Shown piece after piece: positions 28,617 through 39,256 of a stretch of DNA of 64,000 bases. The notes under the pieces are model-generated. The model saw only the letters and a list, made by a program, of their open reading frames with translations. It was not told where the DNA came from and made no database searches. How positions within the stretch are numbered: position 1 is the stretch's first letter; each line of letters starts with the position of its first letter. Source of the DNA: a virus (taxonomy: Duplodnaviria; Caudoviricetes); the IMG/VR virus record IMGVR_UViG_2909979649_000004. One strand, 5' to 3'. A program made the translations under genes and the position numbers.

Positions 28617-29629
28617 TGCGCACGGAAACCCAACAAAAATTTAATAAACTCAAGCGCGACCTGGCGCATACCTACAACGTTAGCAATGTTGCGCATAAAT
28701 TTAATGTCACCCCAACCGTTAGCCAAAAACTGAATGATAAAATTGTTGCCAGCAATCCCTTGCTGCAAAAAATCAATGTGATTCCAGTGGATGAATTACA
28801 AGGGGAAAAGGTTTTTTTAGGGGTATCAAGTTCAGTTACGGGTCGTACTAACACCAAAGAAAACGACCGCCAGCCAAAAAACTTAGTGCAGTTAGATAAC
28901 GATGGTTATCAATTGTATAAGACTGAATCTGACGTCTGTATTAGCTATGAGCAGATGGATGTGTGGGCGAAGTTTAAAGACTTTGCTAGCCGTTATAGCA
29001 ATGCGGTACAGCATCAAATGGGCGTGGATCGGATTAAAGTCGGCTGGTATGGCAAAGAAGCAGCCCCGCAGACTGATCCAAAAAAACACCCACTCTTACA
29101 GGATGTGAATAAAGGCTGGCTGCAAATCATGCGGGAAAAAGCCCCAGGCCAAATCTTATCAAAAGGGGATGATAAACCGATTATTTTAGGGACCGATTAC
29201 CCGAACTTAGATGCGTTAGCCATTGATTTAAAGTACATGATTGGTGAACCGTTTCAGGCGGATTCTGATTTAGTGTTTTTAGTGGGCAGTGAATTAATTG
29301 GCCATTACCACATGCGGCTATACCACTTGCAAGGGGAAACCCCATCGGAAAAAGAGCGCATCGAAAATCAACAGGTGATCCAAACCATTGGCGGCCTACC
29401 ATCGTATAGCTTCCCGGGGATGCCCTCACGGTTAGCGATGGTGACCAGTTTCAACAATCTATCGTTGTATTTTCAAAGCAGCTCCTGGCGTAAGCAAGTG
29501 GTGGATAATCCACGACGGGATCAGGTGGAGGATTACAACTCGCGTAATGAAGGCTATGTAGTCGAGCAATACGAAAAAGTCGCCTTTATTGAGCCAGACC
29601 AAATCCAGTTTAAGGGTGAGTCTGAATAA
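28616..29629 (+). CDS. Major capsid protein (gpN)
   Basis: PLLQDVNKGWLQ, NLS.Y.Q..SWR, NEGYVVE. Confidence 0.93.
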   Translation: MRTETQQKFNKLKRDLAHTYNVSNVAHKFNVTPTVSQKLNDKIVASNPLLQKINVIPVDELQGEKVFLGVSSSVTGRTNTKENDRQPKNLVQLDNDGYQLYKTESDVCISYEQMDVWAKFKDFASRYSNAVQHQMGVDRIKVGWYGKEAAPQTDPKKHPLLQDVNKGWLQIMREKAPGQILSKGDDKPIILGTDYPNLDALAIDLKYMIGEPFQADSDLVFLVGSELIGHYHMRLYHLQGETPSEKERIENQQVIQTIGGLPSYSFPGMPSRLAMVTSFNNLSLYFQSSSWRKQVVDNPRRDQVEDYNSRNEGYVVEQYEKVAFIEPDQIQFKGESE

Positions 29630-30303
29630 TGTTAAGCCTCGCCATGCGCCAAAAACAGCAGCAAGCCCAGGCGATCCAGACGGCGGAACGGGTGCCGTAT
29701 AGTCCCGAAACCGCCTTTGCCACCCTGGCCAATGCCAAGCAGTTATGCCAGTTACAATTGCGTGGGCTACGGGTGGATTTAGAGGCGTTAAAAAAACTGC
29801 AGGGGTATCACACGAAAGCCGATTATAAACGCCAGTTGATCCCTAAATACCTGGATTATATTGACCGCTATTTAGCGTCTAACTGGCAACACCCTAATGA
29901 AGTATTGGTGTATTTGGTGATATGGCATTTTGATACCAATCAATTAGCCAAAGGCTTAGCCCTGGCTGAAATTGCTATACAACAACAGCAACCCATGCCT
30001 GAACATTTTAGACGCCGGGACATGGCCACCTTTGTGTGTGATGAGGTGTTACAGAAAGTAGAGAGGCAAATAGATGGTGCTGACGCCCTTTATATACAAA
30101 CCCTGGCGTATATCGAAACCGGCCAGTGGGACGTCGTGCGAGAAGTCAAAGCCCGGTTTTTTAAATTAGCGGCGATTCAAGCAGAAGAAAAAAACCAGCT
30201 GGAAACGGCGTTAGCCTATTTCGAAAAAGCCCATGGCTGTTGGGAAAAAATTCAAGTGAAAACCAAATTGGAAAAATTACGGAAAAAATTAACGAACCAT
30301 TAA
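29629..30303 (+). CDS. Terminase endonuclease subunit (gpM)
   Basis: K..YKR.L.PKY, .W.FD, Q.MPE.F; gene order. Confidence 0.85.
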   Translation: MLSLAMRQKQQQAQAIQTAERVPYSPETAFATLANAKQLCQLQLRGLRVDLEALKKLQGYHTKADYKRQLIPKYLDYIDRYLASNWQHPNEVLVYLVIWHFDTNQLAKGLALAEIAIQQQQPMPEHFRRRDMATFVCDEVLQKVERQIDGADALYIQTLAYIETGQWDVVREVKARFFKLAAIQAEEKNQLETALAYFEKAHGCWEKIQVKTKLEKLRKKLTNH

Positions 30304-30415
30304 TTAACCGGCTCTCCCCCAACCGGCCGGGCCACCCAACCAAAAAGCAACGCTAGTTTACCTTTTTGGATTGGGTTGTGCCTTGGCCGCCTAATTCGAA
30401 GATACAAAACAGATT

Positions 30416-30874
30416 ATGAGTATTCGAGACAGTTTATATCAACCCGCCACCGCCGTGATCACCAGCGAGGCATTTTACCCGACGGTATCGGTAGGGGAAT
30501 TTCAACAACATTACCGGTTGCATGAATACACTGAGGATTTAATTGAGAGCGAATTAATTCAAGCCGTCATTACAATTAATGGTCAGCTGGAAGCGTTTAA
30601 AAATCAATTAATAAAAAAGGGATATAAAACCCTCGCTGAACGACCTAGCCCCGATTTAAATGGTCAACACCGGGACGTGTTTTTATACCAACGGGCCGTC
30701 ATGAGTTTAGCGAAAGCCCATGTGTTAAAACAATACCAGGTGATTTTTACCAGTGAAAAAGCCGAGCATGTGGCCAAAACCAATGAAGACACTTACGACT
30801 TTTGGTTAGCCATTTCGCAACGCTCCTTGTGTCAGTTACAAGGCCAGTCATTTATAACGGCAGAGTTATTATGA
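30416..30874 (+). CDS. Head completion protein (gpL)
   Basis: F.P.V....F...YR, Y.RAV...AKA; gene order. Confidence 0.8.
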   Translation: MSIRDSLYQPATAVITSEAFYPTVSVGEFQQHYRLHEYTEDLIESELIQAVITINGQLEAFKNQLIKKGYKTLAERPSPDLNGQHRDVFLYQRAVMSLAKAHVLKQYQVIFTSEKAEHVAKTNEDTYDFWLAISQRSLCQLQGQSFITAELL

Positions 30875-31323
30875 AAAAACTCACGGCCTTAAAAAACTAT
30901 TTAATTCAGCTACAGGTGGTCACACCAGAAAAACTTGTGGCTTACCCGGAAAATAACCGGATTGATATTATTAGTAAACCCGGTGAAAAAGGGCTGGAAA
31001 TTAGCCAAGTGACTTATGATGCCATCTTTGAAATGGATCAGGTCAAAGTCAGTTATACGGCGCTGGTCGCGATTATCAGTGCCTGGTTAGCCGAGCAGGA
31101 TACAGCGCGAAATAATCAAGCCGTAGGGCAGCCCCAGTTTGATTATGATCCGACGGATAATCACACCGCTGATATTCAGCTCAGTATCGAATTTTGTGAG
31201 CCGGTGTATTTAGTGGAAACCGAACACGGCCCGATTAATTATGATCATCAACGTTATGACACCGGCGATTATGATTTATGGGTTGCTGAAACCGGAGAGG
31301 TAACCGATGGCAGCACCCGTTAA
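30871..31323 (+). CDS. Tail completion protein (gpR-like)
   Basis: Gene order; AWL...D..R, F.EP motifs. Confidence 0.7.
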   Translation: MKKLTALKNYLIQLQVVTPEKLVAYPENNRIDIISKPGEKGLEISQVTYDAIFEMDQVKVSYTALVAIISAWLAEQDTARNNQAVGQPQFDYDPTDNHTADIQLSIEFCEPVYLVETEHGPINYDHQRYDTGDYDLWVAETGEVTDGSTR

Positions 31324-31969
31324 TCCTATTCAAGTGCAGCACAACGGGCTGAGTATTCGCCAGCAATTAGCGGTGTTACAGCTGCCGCCCAACAAACAAC
31401 GCCAATTGTTGTGGAAAGCCGGAAAAGCCGTACAAAAAAACAGTCGCCAGCGGATTCGGTTACAAAAAACATTATCCGGCCAGGGGATGGCTGCCCGGAA
31501 AGATCGCCGGAATCGCAAAAAAATGTTGCGGGGATTAGGGCGTAAAATGGGGGTAACGGCGGATAGCCGACAAGCGGTGATTGGTTGGCAAAATGCACTC
31601 ACAGCCAACATTGCCAAACGGCAACAAGAAGGCTTGAGCCAGCCCGTCAGTAAAAACGATCTGCCGCGCATTTCCCGGGCGACCTATGACGGCCCTTGTA
31701 CCAAAGGGATGGCCAGGGCATTAATTCAACATGGCTTTACCATTAAGCGTGCCAGTGGCAATGGTCGAAAACGGCCCACGCAAAATTGGATTAAGCAGCA
31801 TTTAACCTTTGGTATGGCAGGGGCCATATTGCGGGAATTATTAAATAAACCGCAGCAATCCCGGTGGCGGATTCCTTTGGAAGCACGGCCTTTTTTAGGT
31901 GCCACCGACAACGAAATTAATCAAATTCTTGACCAGCAATTACACCAATTAATGCAAGCAATGAGGTAA
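31307..31969 (+). CDS. Virion morphogenesis protein (gpS-like)
   Basis: Basic protein, KKMLRGL, ARPFLG. Confidence 0.78.
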   Translation: MAAPVNPIQVQHNGLSIRQQLAVLQLPPNKQRQLLWKAGKAVQKNSRQRIRLQKTLSGQGMAARKDRRNRKKMLRGLGRKMGVTADSRQAVIGWQNALTANIAKRQQEGLSQPVSKNDLPRISRATYDGPCTKGMARALIQHGFTIKRASGNGRKRPTQNWIKQHLTFGMAGAILRELLNKPQQSRWRIPLEARPFLGATDNEINQILDQQLHQLMQAMR

Positions 31970-31974
31970 TCACC

Positions 31975-33090
31975 ATGGCACTGGGACGGGTCACGGTTAA
32001 CAATTTAAATCTCTATCAGGGACCCATTACCGCGATTGAGCGGACGTTTTTATTTATGGGTCCTGCCCCCAAAAAACACGGCGAGGTATTAAGCCTTAAT
32101 ACCCAAACTGATCTTGATCAATTATTGGGTGAGGGCATTTCCGATTTAAAAACCCAATTAACAGCGGCCCAAGCCAATGGCGGGCAACACTGGTCGGCTT
32201 ATGCCATTGCACTGGATGAAGCGACTAGTTGGCAGGATGCTTTTAAACAAGCGATGGCTGAAGATGTATCACCGGAAGCGGTGGTGATCACCAGCCCCAT
32301 TACTAGCAACACGGACCTGCAGGCGATGCACGCGGCTTCATTAAGTGCCATTAATAAACATGGACGACGGGTGATTTTTATTGCCACCACACCGGGTATT
32401 GCTCCCGAACAAAGCTGGTCCGATTATTTATTAGCGCAAAAACAATTAGTGAATGAAGTGGCCGCCCCTCGGGTGTGTGTGGTGCCGCAATTACACGGCA
32501 ATAACGTGGGTGTGTTAGCGGGTCGATTATGCGACAGCAAGGTCAGTATTGCTGATAGTCCTATGCGGGTGGCAACTGGGCCGTTAATTACGTTAGGGCC
32601 TACCCCAGGCGATAAAGAAAGTCAACGACTCCCCAGTGCGATTATTGCAGAGCTGGATAAAGTACGCCTCTCAGTTCCTCAAACGTATCCCGATTACCCC
32701 GGCACCTATTGGGGTGATGCCAATATGTTGGAACAGCCCGGCGGTGATTATCAGGTTATCGAGCATGTGCGGATTGTGGATAAGGCGGCCCGAGCCATAC
32801 GACTCCTGGCGATTAGTCGCATTGCCAACCGATTATTAAACAGCACTGCCGCGTCGATTGCTTTTAATAAAAATTATTTTATGAAACCGCTGCGGGAAAT
32901 GAGTCGCTCAGTAAATTTTATGGACCGGGTATTTCCGGCGGCCATTCATCCCCCGAAAGACAGTGATATTGAAATCCTCTGGAAAAATAAAACCGATGTG
33001 GAGATTTATTTAAGTCTACAGCCGTATAACTCGCCGAAATCCATCACCGTCAATATTGCCTTGGATTTATCAACCGAAAAGGAAAAATAA
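31975..33090 (+). CDS. Tail sheath protein (HP1-type, DUF2586)
   Basis: V.VNNLNL.QG...IER.FLF, ADSPMRVATG. Confidence 0.85.
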   Translation: MALGRVTVNNLNLYQGPITAIERTFLFMGPAPKKHGEVLSLNTQTDLDQLLGEGISDLKTQLTAAQANGGQHWSAYAIALDEATSWQDAFKQAMAEDVSPEAVVITSPITSNTDLQAMHAASLSAINKHGRRVIFIATTPGIAPEQSWSDYLLAQKQLVNEVAAPRVCVVPQLHGNNVGVLAGRLCDSKVSIADSPMRVATGPLITLGPTPGDKESQRLPSAIIAELDKVRLSVPQTYPDYPGTYWGDANMLEQPGGDYQVIEHVRIVDKAARAIRLLAISRIANRLLNSTAASIAFNKNYFMKPLREMSRSVNFMDRVFPAAIHPPKDSDIEILWKNKTDVEIYLSLQPYNSPKSITVNIALDLSTEKEK

Positions 33091-33093
33091 CCT

Positions 33094-33540
33094 ATGCGTA
33101 TTTCTGGAAAAAGTTTTGATGTCAGCTTAGGCGACTTCATGGTGCATGTGGAAAAGGCCTCACTGGATATTACCGATAACCGTTCACCCGTCTATAACCG
33201 TGGGGTACCGAATGGCTATGTCGATGGGGATGTGTCGGCGACTGGGGAAATCGAACTGGATGCAGCAAATTTTAAGTTAGTGTTGGATGCGGCTAGCCAA
33301 GCAGGGAGTTTTAGGGGATTAGAACCATTCGACATGGTGTATTTTGCCAAGGCGGGTGAGGAAGAATTACGGGTCGAAGCCTTTGGGTGTTTAATTAAAA
33401 TCACTAATTTATTGGATATTGATAGCAAAGGCGGTGAAAAATCCTTAATTAAATTACCCTACGATGTCACCAGCCCGGATTTTATAAAAATTAATGGCCT
33501 CTCCTATTTACGCCCGGATGAAACGGAGAATCTGGTGTAA
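33094..33540 (+). CDS. Tail tube protein (DUF2597)
   Basis: RISG..FD, GVPNGYVDGDV, VTSPDF. Confidence 0.85.
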   Translation: MRISGKSFDVSLGDFMVHVEKASLDITDNRSPVYNRGVPNGYVDGDVSATGEIELDAANFKLVLDAASQAGSFRGLEPFDMVYFAKAGEEELRVEAFGCLIKITNLLDIDSKGGEKSLIKLPYDVTSPDFIKINGLSYLRPDETENLV

Positions 33541-33542
33541 CC

Positions 33543-33917
33543 ATGGCTTACCGTTATTTTACCGACCAGGAATTAACTTGTCGTTGTGGTTGCGGACAAC
33601 AGCACATGCAACCGGCATTTATGCAGTCATTAATACAGCTACGTGAGGCGTGCAATTTTCCGCTACCGGTAACCAGTGGCTACCGTTGTGCTCATCATCC
33701 CGTCGAAAAAAATAAGGCCACCCCAGGTGCTCATCAATTAGGGTGTGCGGTGGATATTGCTTGTCGGGGAGAACACGCATTAATTATTTTACGTCTGGCG
33801 CTGCAGCTGGGGTTTACTGGTGTTGGGATTAATCAAAAAGGCAGGACTCGTTTTATTCATTTGGATAGGGCGCCTGCTACTCATACACGGCCCCGGCCTT
33901 GGATATGGAGTTATTAA
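33543..33917 (+). CDS. Peptidase M15A endolysin
   Basis: CRCGCG, TSGYRC, H..G.AVDI, FIHLD. Confidence 0.85.
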   Translation: MAYRYFTDQELTCRCGCGQQHMQPAFMQSLIQLREACNFPLPVTSGYRCAHHPVEKNKATPGAHQLGCAVDIACRGEHALIILRLALQLGFTGVGINQKGRTRFIHLDRAPATHTRPRPWIWSY

Positions 33918-33920
33918 ACA

Positions 33921-34403
33921 ATGCTCAATAAATTATGGGAAAAATTTATATCGGTAACCGGTAGCGGCTTAGTCGATAAAATTATTGATGTAGCGAAAAC
34001 GTATTTTCCGCCGGACTTATCGCCGGAGCAGCAAATGCAATTTAAAATAGCGTGCCGAAAACTACAAATCGAACATGAAAACCAAACTCAAAAACTGATT
34101 AATCAAGCAGAAAAACAATTAACCCAACGGATTAGCCAGTTAGAAGGCACGGCCAGTGATTTATTGGCGTTGCCTGTTGTTGGTCGGGTGTTGTTATTTC
34201 TGCGCGGTGCTCAGCGACCCATATGGGGTTTTGCCACGTTGTACCTGGATTGGTGTTGGTTTGCCTCTTGGCAGCTGAGCGAACAACAAGAAACCGCCTT
34301 AACCGTTATTAATGTGTTAGTGCTGGGTTTCTTGTTTGGTGAACGGGCCATGAAAAATGTCATGCCCTTACTAAAGCAGGTAACACGGAATGCTATTCGA
34401 TAA
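33921..34403 (+). CDS. Holin-like membrane protein
   Basis: RP motif, C-terminal TM segments with GFLFGER; next to endolysin. Confidence 0.65.
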   Translation: MLNKLWEKFISVTGSGLVDKIIDVAKTYFPPDLSPEQQMQFKIACRKLQIEHENQTQKLINQAEKQLTQRISQLEGTASDLLALPVVGRVLLFLRGAQRPIWGFATLYLDWCWFASWQLSEQQETALTVINVLVLGFLFGERAMKNVMPLLKQVTRNAIR

Positions 34404-34686
34404 CCATCCTGAGTTACGGCATAAGCTCTCTCTGACGTTAGTCAGTTTGTTTTTTACCAATTTGATTGGTTGGAATATTTATATTTACAACAAAATCCTC
34501 AGTAATGAGCGGGCGTTGTTTAATCAAAAAACCTGGATTACCGAAGAGTTTGCTAAAAAATCCACCATCAAGCGACTAGAAACCAAAATCGATAATAAAT
34601 TTGAGGCAATGACCCAACGGTTTGATGATATCAACAAGCGCCTGGATTTTATTATCTTATTAAACAAAGGAAAAAAAGAACCATGA
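34390..34686 (+). CDS. Single-TM coiled-coil phage protein
   Basis: Hydrophobic N-terminus, coiled-coil C-terminus. Confidence 0.6.
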   Translation: MLFDNHPELRHKLSLTLVSLFFTNLIGWNIYIYNKILSNERALFNQKTWITEEFAKKSTIKRLETKIDNKFEAMTQRFDDINKRLDFIILLNKGKKEP

Positions 34687-34967
34687 GCAATAACACTTTT
34701 ACTGTCGAAGTCGGCGACCAAGCGTTTACCTTTACGATTACGGTCGATGATTACAGTAGTTTTATTAATAAATTCAGCGAAAAAAATAAAATTGCACCGG
34801 CTTATAACTTTTGTATGCAAACGGTTTCGAAGGACGATAAACCCGCGCTAAAAGAATTATTGGCCCATCCCAGTGTAGCCCCGCAAATTGCGAGCGCGCT
34901 AATGGAGCAATACGTACCGCAGTTAAATATTGTGGTAAAGCCAGTGAGGCCGTCGGCGAGCAATTAA
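34683..34967 (+). CDS. Tail assembly chaperone
   Basis: NKIAPAYNF; precedes tape measure. Confidence 0.75.
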   Translation: MSNNTFTVEVGDQAFTFTITVDDYSSFINKFSEKNKIAPAYNFCMQTVSKDDKPALKELLAHPSVAPQIASALMEQYVPQLNIVVKPVRPSASN

Positions 34968-35131
34968 AGGAGAATTCTTTATTGCAACTGATGTGGCTGG
35001 CGAAAAAACATTTTCCACACCAGCCCGTCACCGCCGACACCATGGGTGCCGCTTTATTTTTTGAACAGCAATATTGGGAGCATATGCAAATCGCGGTTGC
35101 CAATGGCATCAGTCAAGCATTTAAGGGTTAA
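34934..35131 (+). CDS. -1 frame extension of tail chaperone (GT-like product)
   Basis: GGTAAAG site; -1 frame open to TAA 35131: ...LMWLAKKHFPHQPVTADTMGAALFFEQQYWEHMQIAVANGISQAFKG. Confidence 0.65.
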   Translation, partial: GKASEAVGEQLKENSLLQLMWLAKKHFPHQPVTADTMGAALFFEQQYWEHMQIAVANGISQAFKG

Positions 35132-35142
35132 TCAATTTAATT

Positions 35143-37155
35143 ATGACCAGCACGGCCACTGGGCATTTACATTTTATTATCTCGCTGACGAATCATTTAA
35201 CGTCACCGATTGCCGGCATACAAAACCAAATCAATCAACTGACGGATGGCGCTAGCCGTGCGTTTGGCATGATTGGCATGGGGGTAGCCGGTTTAATCGG
35301 TGCCGGTTATGCGATTAAAGCCGCATTGGAACCGGCCATTGATATGGATCGGGCGATGGGTGAAGTGCGTTCGCTCGGTGTCGTCGAAGCAGACTTGCTG
35401 CAATTAAAAAATACGGCCATGGATTTTGCGGTGGAATACGGCAAGTCAGCGGCGGATTTTGTGCGGGCGAGTTATGACATTCAATCGGCGATCAGTGGCT
35501 TAACTGGTCAGGAATTAGGGGATTTTACCAAAGCCAGTGGTATTTTAGCGGCGGCCACCAAAGCGGATACGGCCACCATTACCAGCTACATGGGCACAAT
35601 GTACGGTATTTTTAAACAGCAAGCGGCCGTGATGGGCAATGCTGACTGGGTGGAAAGGGTCGCCGGACAAACGGCCAGTGCGGTACAAATGTTTAAAACC
35701 ACCGGCAGTGAAATGTCATCCGCGTTTAGTTCCTTGGGTGCGGGGGCAACAGCGGTCGGTGTGTCCATGAATGAGCAAATGGCGATCCTCGGCACCCTGC
35801 AATCCAGTCTTTCCGGCTCAGAAGCGGGTACCCAATACAACGCCTTTTTAGCGGGATTATCCAAAGCGGAATCTGCATTAGGCTTACAGTTTACCGATGC
35901 GGCGGGCATGGCATTACCTGTTGTGGAGGTGCTGGACAAGATCAAAGCCAAATACGGTGAATTAAGTCTGGTGGATCAGGCGGATTTAACCAAAGCCTTT
36001 GGTACCGATTTAGCCACTAAATTTATTGTGTCTCTCAGTAATGACGTAGACGGCTTGCGTAGCAGTATTAATAAGCTGGGAGATATTAAAGGGATGGACA
36101 CCGCCTTAGCCATGGCCCGCGCCCAAGTGGATGCCTGGGAACGGTTAGGCGCGGCGGTGGATGTGGTCAGGATTGGCTTTGGTTCGGCGTTATTACCGGT
36201 GATTAATCCCTTAGTGGATACCCTGGCAGATATGGGATTTACCCTGCAACGCTGGACCCAATTATTTCCCAACCTTACCCGCTGGGTGGGGTATTTCTTT
36301 TTAGGGTTAATGGGGCTGATTGCGGTGATGTCGCTATTAACGCTTACGGCTGGTTTAGCCTTTGGGTCTTTTGTCGTCTTAACCAATCCGATTACTTGGG
36401 TGCTGGCTGCTTTAGCCGGGCTTGCCTATATCATTTACCAACTGCTCTTTAATTGGGATGGATTTAAAGACACCTTGCGCAGTGTCGCCGATGCTTTGAG
36501 TTTTTTACCATTGCCAGTGGGGTTAATTGTGGAAGCCTTTATCTGGTTGGTGGATCACCTGTATTTAGTGGGGGATGCTTGGGACTGGTTAAAAGCGAGC
36601 TGGCAAAATGTTGTCAGTTATTTATCGGATACCAGCGTTTTTCAAATGCTAATGCAGGTGTTTTCGTTTTTTAATCCGGTACTGGGATTGGTGGCCCAGG
36701 GTTTTCATTGGCTATCCACCTTATGGCAACAATTTACCCATTACCTGGCAGAGGTTGGCCCTTTTGAAGCAATACTAAAAATCTTTTCGTTATTTAATCC
36801 ATTACTCGGATTAGTGATTAAAGCGATTCAAGGACTCGGCGACTGGTGGGAACACCTGAAAAAAACCTTTGCTGACGTGGGTGTGTTTGAGTTTTTAGCC
36901 AGCATTGTGGATTGGGTGATCGATAAAATTAATAGGATCCCCGGGATTAATATTGAAATTGATAAAGAAGCCTTAAAGCCAAACATTGCCAGCTTAAAAC
37001 GCCCGATACAATCCCAGGTACCGACAGGCGGGTTATTAAAAACTATTAATAACAATCAGCAGCATAACCAAAATAATTATCAAACCAACCATATTTACAC
37101 CCAAACCGTCGACAGTCAGTTTTTACACAACCAAATTGAAATGGAAGCGCCCTAA
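35143..37155 (+). CDS. Tail tape measure protein
   Basis: A.GEV.SLGV, SYDIQSAI.GL, Ala-rich, W-spaced repeats. Confidence 0.9.
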   Translation: MTSTATGHLHFIISLTNHLTSPIAGIQNQINQLTDGASRAFGMIGMGVAGLIGAGYAIKAALEPAIDMDRAMGEVRSLGVVEADLLQLKNTAMDFAVEYGKSAADFVRASYDIQSAISGLTGQELGDFTKASGILAAATKADTATITSYMGTMYGIFKQQAAVMGNADWVERVAGQTASAVQMFKTTGSEMSSAFSSLGAGATAVGVSMNEQMAILGTLQSSLSGSEAGTQYNAFLAGLSKAESALGLQFTDAAGMALPVVEVLDKIKAKYGELSLVDQADLTKAFGTDLATKFIVSLSNDVDGLRSSINKLGDIKGMDTALAMARAQVDAWERLGAAVDVVRIGFGSALLPVINPLVDTLADMGFTLQRWTQLFPNLTRWVGYFFLGLMGLIAVMSLLTLTAGLAFGSFVVLTNPITWVLAALAGLAYIIYQLLFNWDGFKDTLRSVADALSFLPLPVGLIVEAFIWLVDHLYLVGDAWDWLKASWQNVVSYLSDTSVFQMLMQVFSFFNPVLGLVAQGFHWLSTLWQQFTHYLAEVGPFEAILKIFSLFNPLLGLVIKAIQGLGDWWEHLKKTFADVGVFEFLASIVDWVIDKINRIPGINIEIDKEALKPNIASLKRPIQSQVPTGGLLKTINNNQQHNQNNYQTNHIYTQTVDSQFLHNQIEMEAP

Positions 37156-37481
37156 TGGACTATATCGATTTATTAATTAATGAAAATGATCTGGTGTTAA
37201 CTATAGCCGGTGAACCACAATTAACCAGTGACCGAGCCAGTATTGCCCAAGATATTCAACATGCGATCCGGGAAAGCGGTTTATTAGTGGACATGATCGG
37301 CGAGCGCCACCCGGAACAACGCCAACGGCTGATTCAGGAACTCACCTTACTGGTAGAAGACGACGAGCGATTAATACCCGGCACCATTATTTTTCATGAA
37401 TCCCGCCAAGGCCGTTATTTATTGACGGCGGATACTTACGACTACGGTCCTGTGGAAATTCAGAATGCGCTCGCTGTTTAA
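37155..37481 (+). CDS. Baseplate protein (DUF2590)
   Basis: SIAQDI.HAI.ESGL, VEDDERLIPGT. Confidence 0.8.
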   Translation: MDYIDLLINENDLVLTIAGEPQLTSDRASIAQDIQHAIRESGLLVDMIGERHPEQRQRLIQELTLLVEDDERLIPGTIIFHESRQGRYLLTADTYDYGPVEIQNALAV

Positions 37482-38637
37482 ACGCCTGGTGGCGGATGCC
37501 AATATACCCACTGAGGAAACCCAATTAAAAAGCCGGTTTAAACAACTGGCGAAAGAACAGGGTAGTCAACTCAGTAATGACAGTCGCTATTCGCCATTCT
37601 GGCGGATTATTACCGCGTTAGTCATTCGACCAGTGTTGTGGTTAATGGATTTACTGATTGACCAGGTGTTACCGAATGCGTTTTTACAAACGGCCCGAGG
37701 CCGCTATTTGGATTTATTAGCCTGGGCGGTACACGTTGAACGTAAACCCGCGACACAAGCTGAAGGCATAATCGAATTTCACCGAGCCAGTAGCGATTTA
37801 GCGGTGACAATTCCCGCGAATATGGCCATTCAATCGGTGGCCATTAATGGCACCGTGTATGAAGTCAGAACCACGACAGAAACTACCTTTGCAGCGGGTG
37901 AGTTAATCGCTACAGCGCCAGTAAAAGCGACACAAGCCGGTAAAGCCTTTAACCTGGCACCGGGTTATTATGCGATTTTACCCGAGCCAATTAATGGCAT
38001 AATCCAGGTGACGAACCCTGACGGGTGGTTGACGACACCCGGTGCTGATGAAGAAGCCGACGAGGCGTTACGCTGGCGGGCCCGTAATCAATTTGGGGCG
38101 GTCAATCAGTGGCATACGGATAGTGTCTACCGCAGCTTAATTGCGCAGTTTGCGGGGATTGATAGCCGCCATATTTATTTTGAGCATAACGCACCCCGGG
38201 GGCCGGGCACCGCGAATGCCTTTATTTTATTTGCGGCCGATGCCCCTGCAGATGAGTACCTAGAAAAAATAAATCAGTATATTCAGGCGGAAGGTAATCA
38301 CGGTCATGGGGATGACCTGCAGGTATTTGCCCTACCGGAAAAATCATTCGACATTACATTGAATGTGTGGCCTAACCCATTTTTAACAGAAGACAATAAA
38401 CAGCAATTAAAAACCAATATTGAACACTTTATTAAAACGGCTTTTCGGGAAAGCACCACCGATAATTATCAACCTACCCAAGTCAGCCCACGCAGCCGGT
38501 TTAGTTTTTCCAAACTCACCCAGGAGTTACACCGACAATTTAGTGAGATTGATTCGTTACAGTTTGAGAATACCGATATTGTCAGCGAGTTATGGTTACC
38601 GCAAATCAAGACATTGACGGTGATGCTGCATGATTAA
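37465..38637 (+). CDS. Baseplate J-like protein
   Basis: PGADEE.DE.LR.R, APRGPGTAN. Confidence 0.88.
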   Translation: MRSLFKRLVADANIPTEETQLKSRFKQLAKEQGSQLSNDSRYSPFWRIITALVIRPVLWLMDLLIDQVLPNAFLQTARGRYLDLLAWAVHVERKPATQAEGIIEFHRASSDLAVTIPANMAIQSVAINGTVYEVRTTTETTFAAGELIATAPVKATQAGKAFNLAPGYYAILPEPINGIIQVTNPDGWLTTPGADEEADEALRWRARNQFGAVNQWHTDSVYRSLIAQFAGIDSRHIYFEHNAPRGPGTANAFILFAADAPADEYLEKINQYIQAEGNHGHGDDLQVFALPEKSFDITLNVWPNPFLTEDNKQQLKTNIEHFIKTAFRESTTDNYQPTQVSPRSRFSFSKLTQELHRQFSEIDSLQFENTDIVSELWLPQIKTLTVMLHD

Positions 38638-39226
38638 ATTAAAGTTACCCTTTTGGTTAGGTGGATCAGAGTTAAATAAATTAACCCGCATATGTGAACA
38701 GTTTTATGGTGAGGTGGAAAGCTGGTTACGTTGGCCTTTATCGCAATTAGACCCATCCACCTGCAGCGAAGGGGTTTTAAATTTACTCGCCTGGCAACGG
38801 GATATTAGCCGGTTTAAAGGCGAGCCCTTAAGCCTATTTCGAAAGCGGGTGCAGTATGCCTTTATTAATAATGTCGATGCCGGTTCAACGGCTGGGGTTA
38901 AACGGATACTCGAACGGTTAGGCGTGGGCTATTGTGAGGTAGATGAACGTACCCCGGGATTAGATTGGGACATTATCACCTTAAAATTATCTGATAGTCA
39001 GCTCGCCCAACACCCCGAATTACTCAGCATTATTTTACAGATGTATGGCCGCACCTGTCGGCGTTATGTGTTTAGCACCATTACCCCAGTGAAGTTATTT
39101 ATTGGCGTTAATGAATTTAGTCATGACCAGGTGACCCAAGTTGCACAATTACATAATACCGCCCATTTATACGGCCAAAGTCAATTACTAGACCACTCAC
39201 AACAAGTGTTATGTGCTCAGTTATAA
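38630..39226 (+). CDS. Tail protein I-like
   Basis: LLAWQRDI.RF.GEP..L.RKRV. Confidence 0.82.
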   Translation: MIKLKLPFWLGGSELNKLTRICEQFYGEVESWLRWPLSQLDPSTCSEGVLNLLAWQRDISRFKGEPLSLFRKRVQYAFINNVDAGSTAGVKRILERLGVGYCEVDERTPGLDWDIITLKLSDSQLAQHPELLSIILQMYGRTCRRYVFSTITPVKLFIGVNEFSHDQVTQVAQLHNTAHLYGQSQLLDHSQQVLCAQL

Positions 39227-39256
39227 AGAAAAATTCAGAAATAAAAGGAAAATAAT

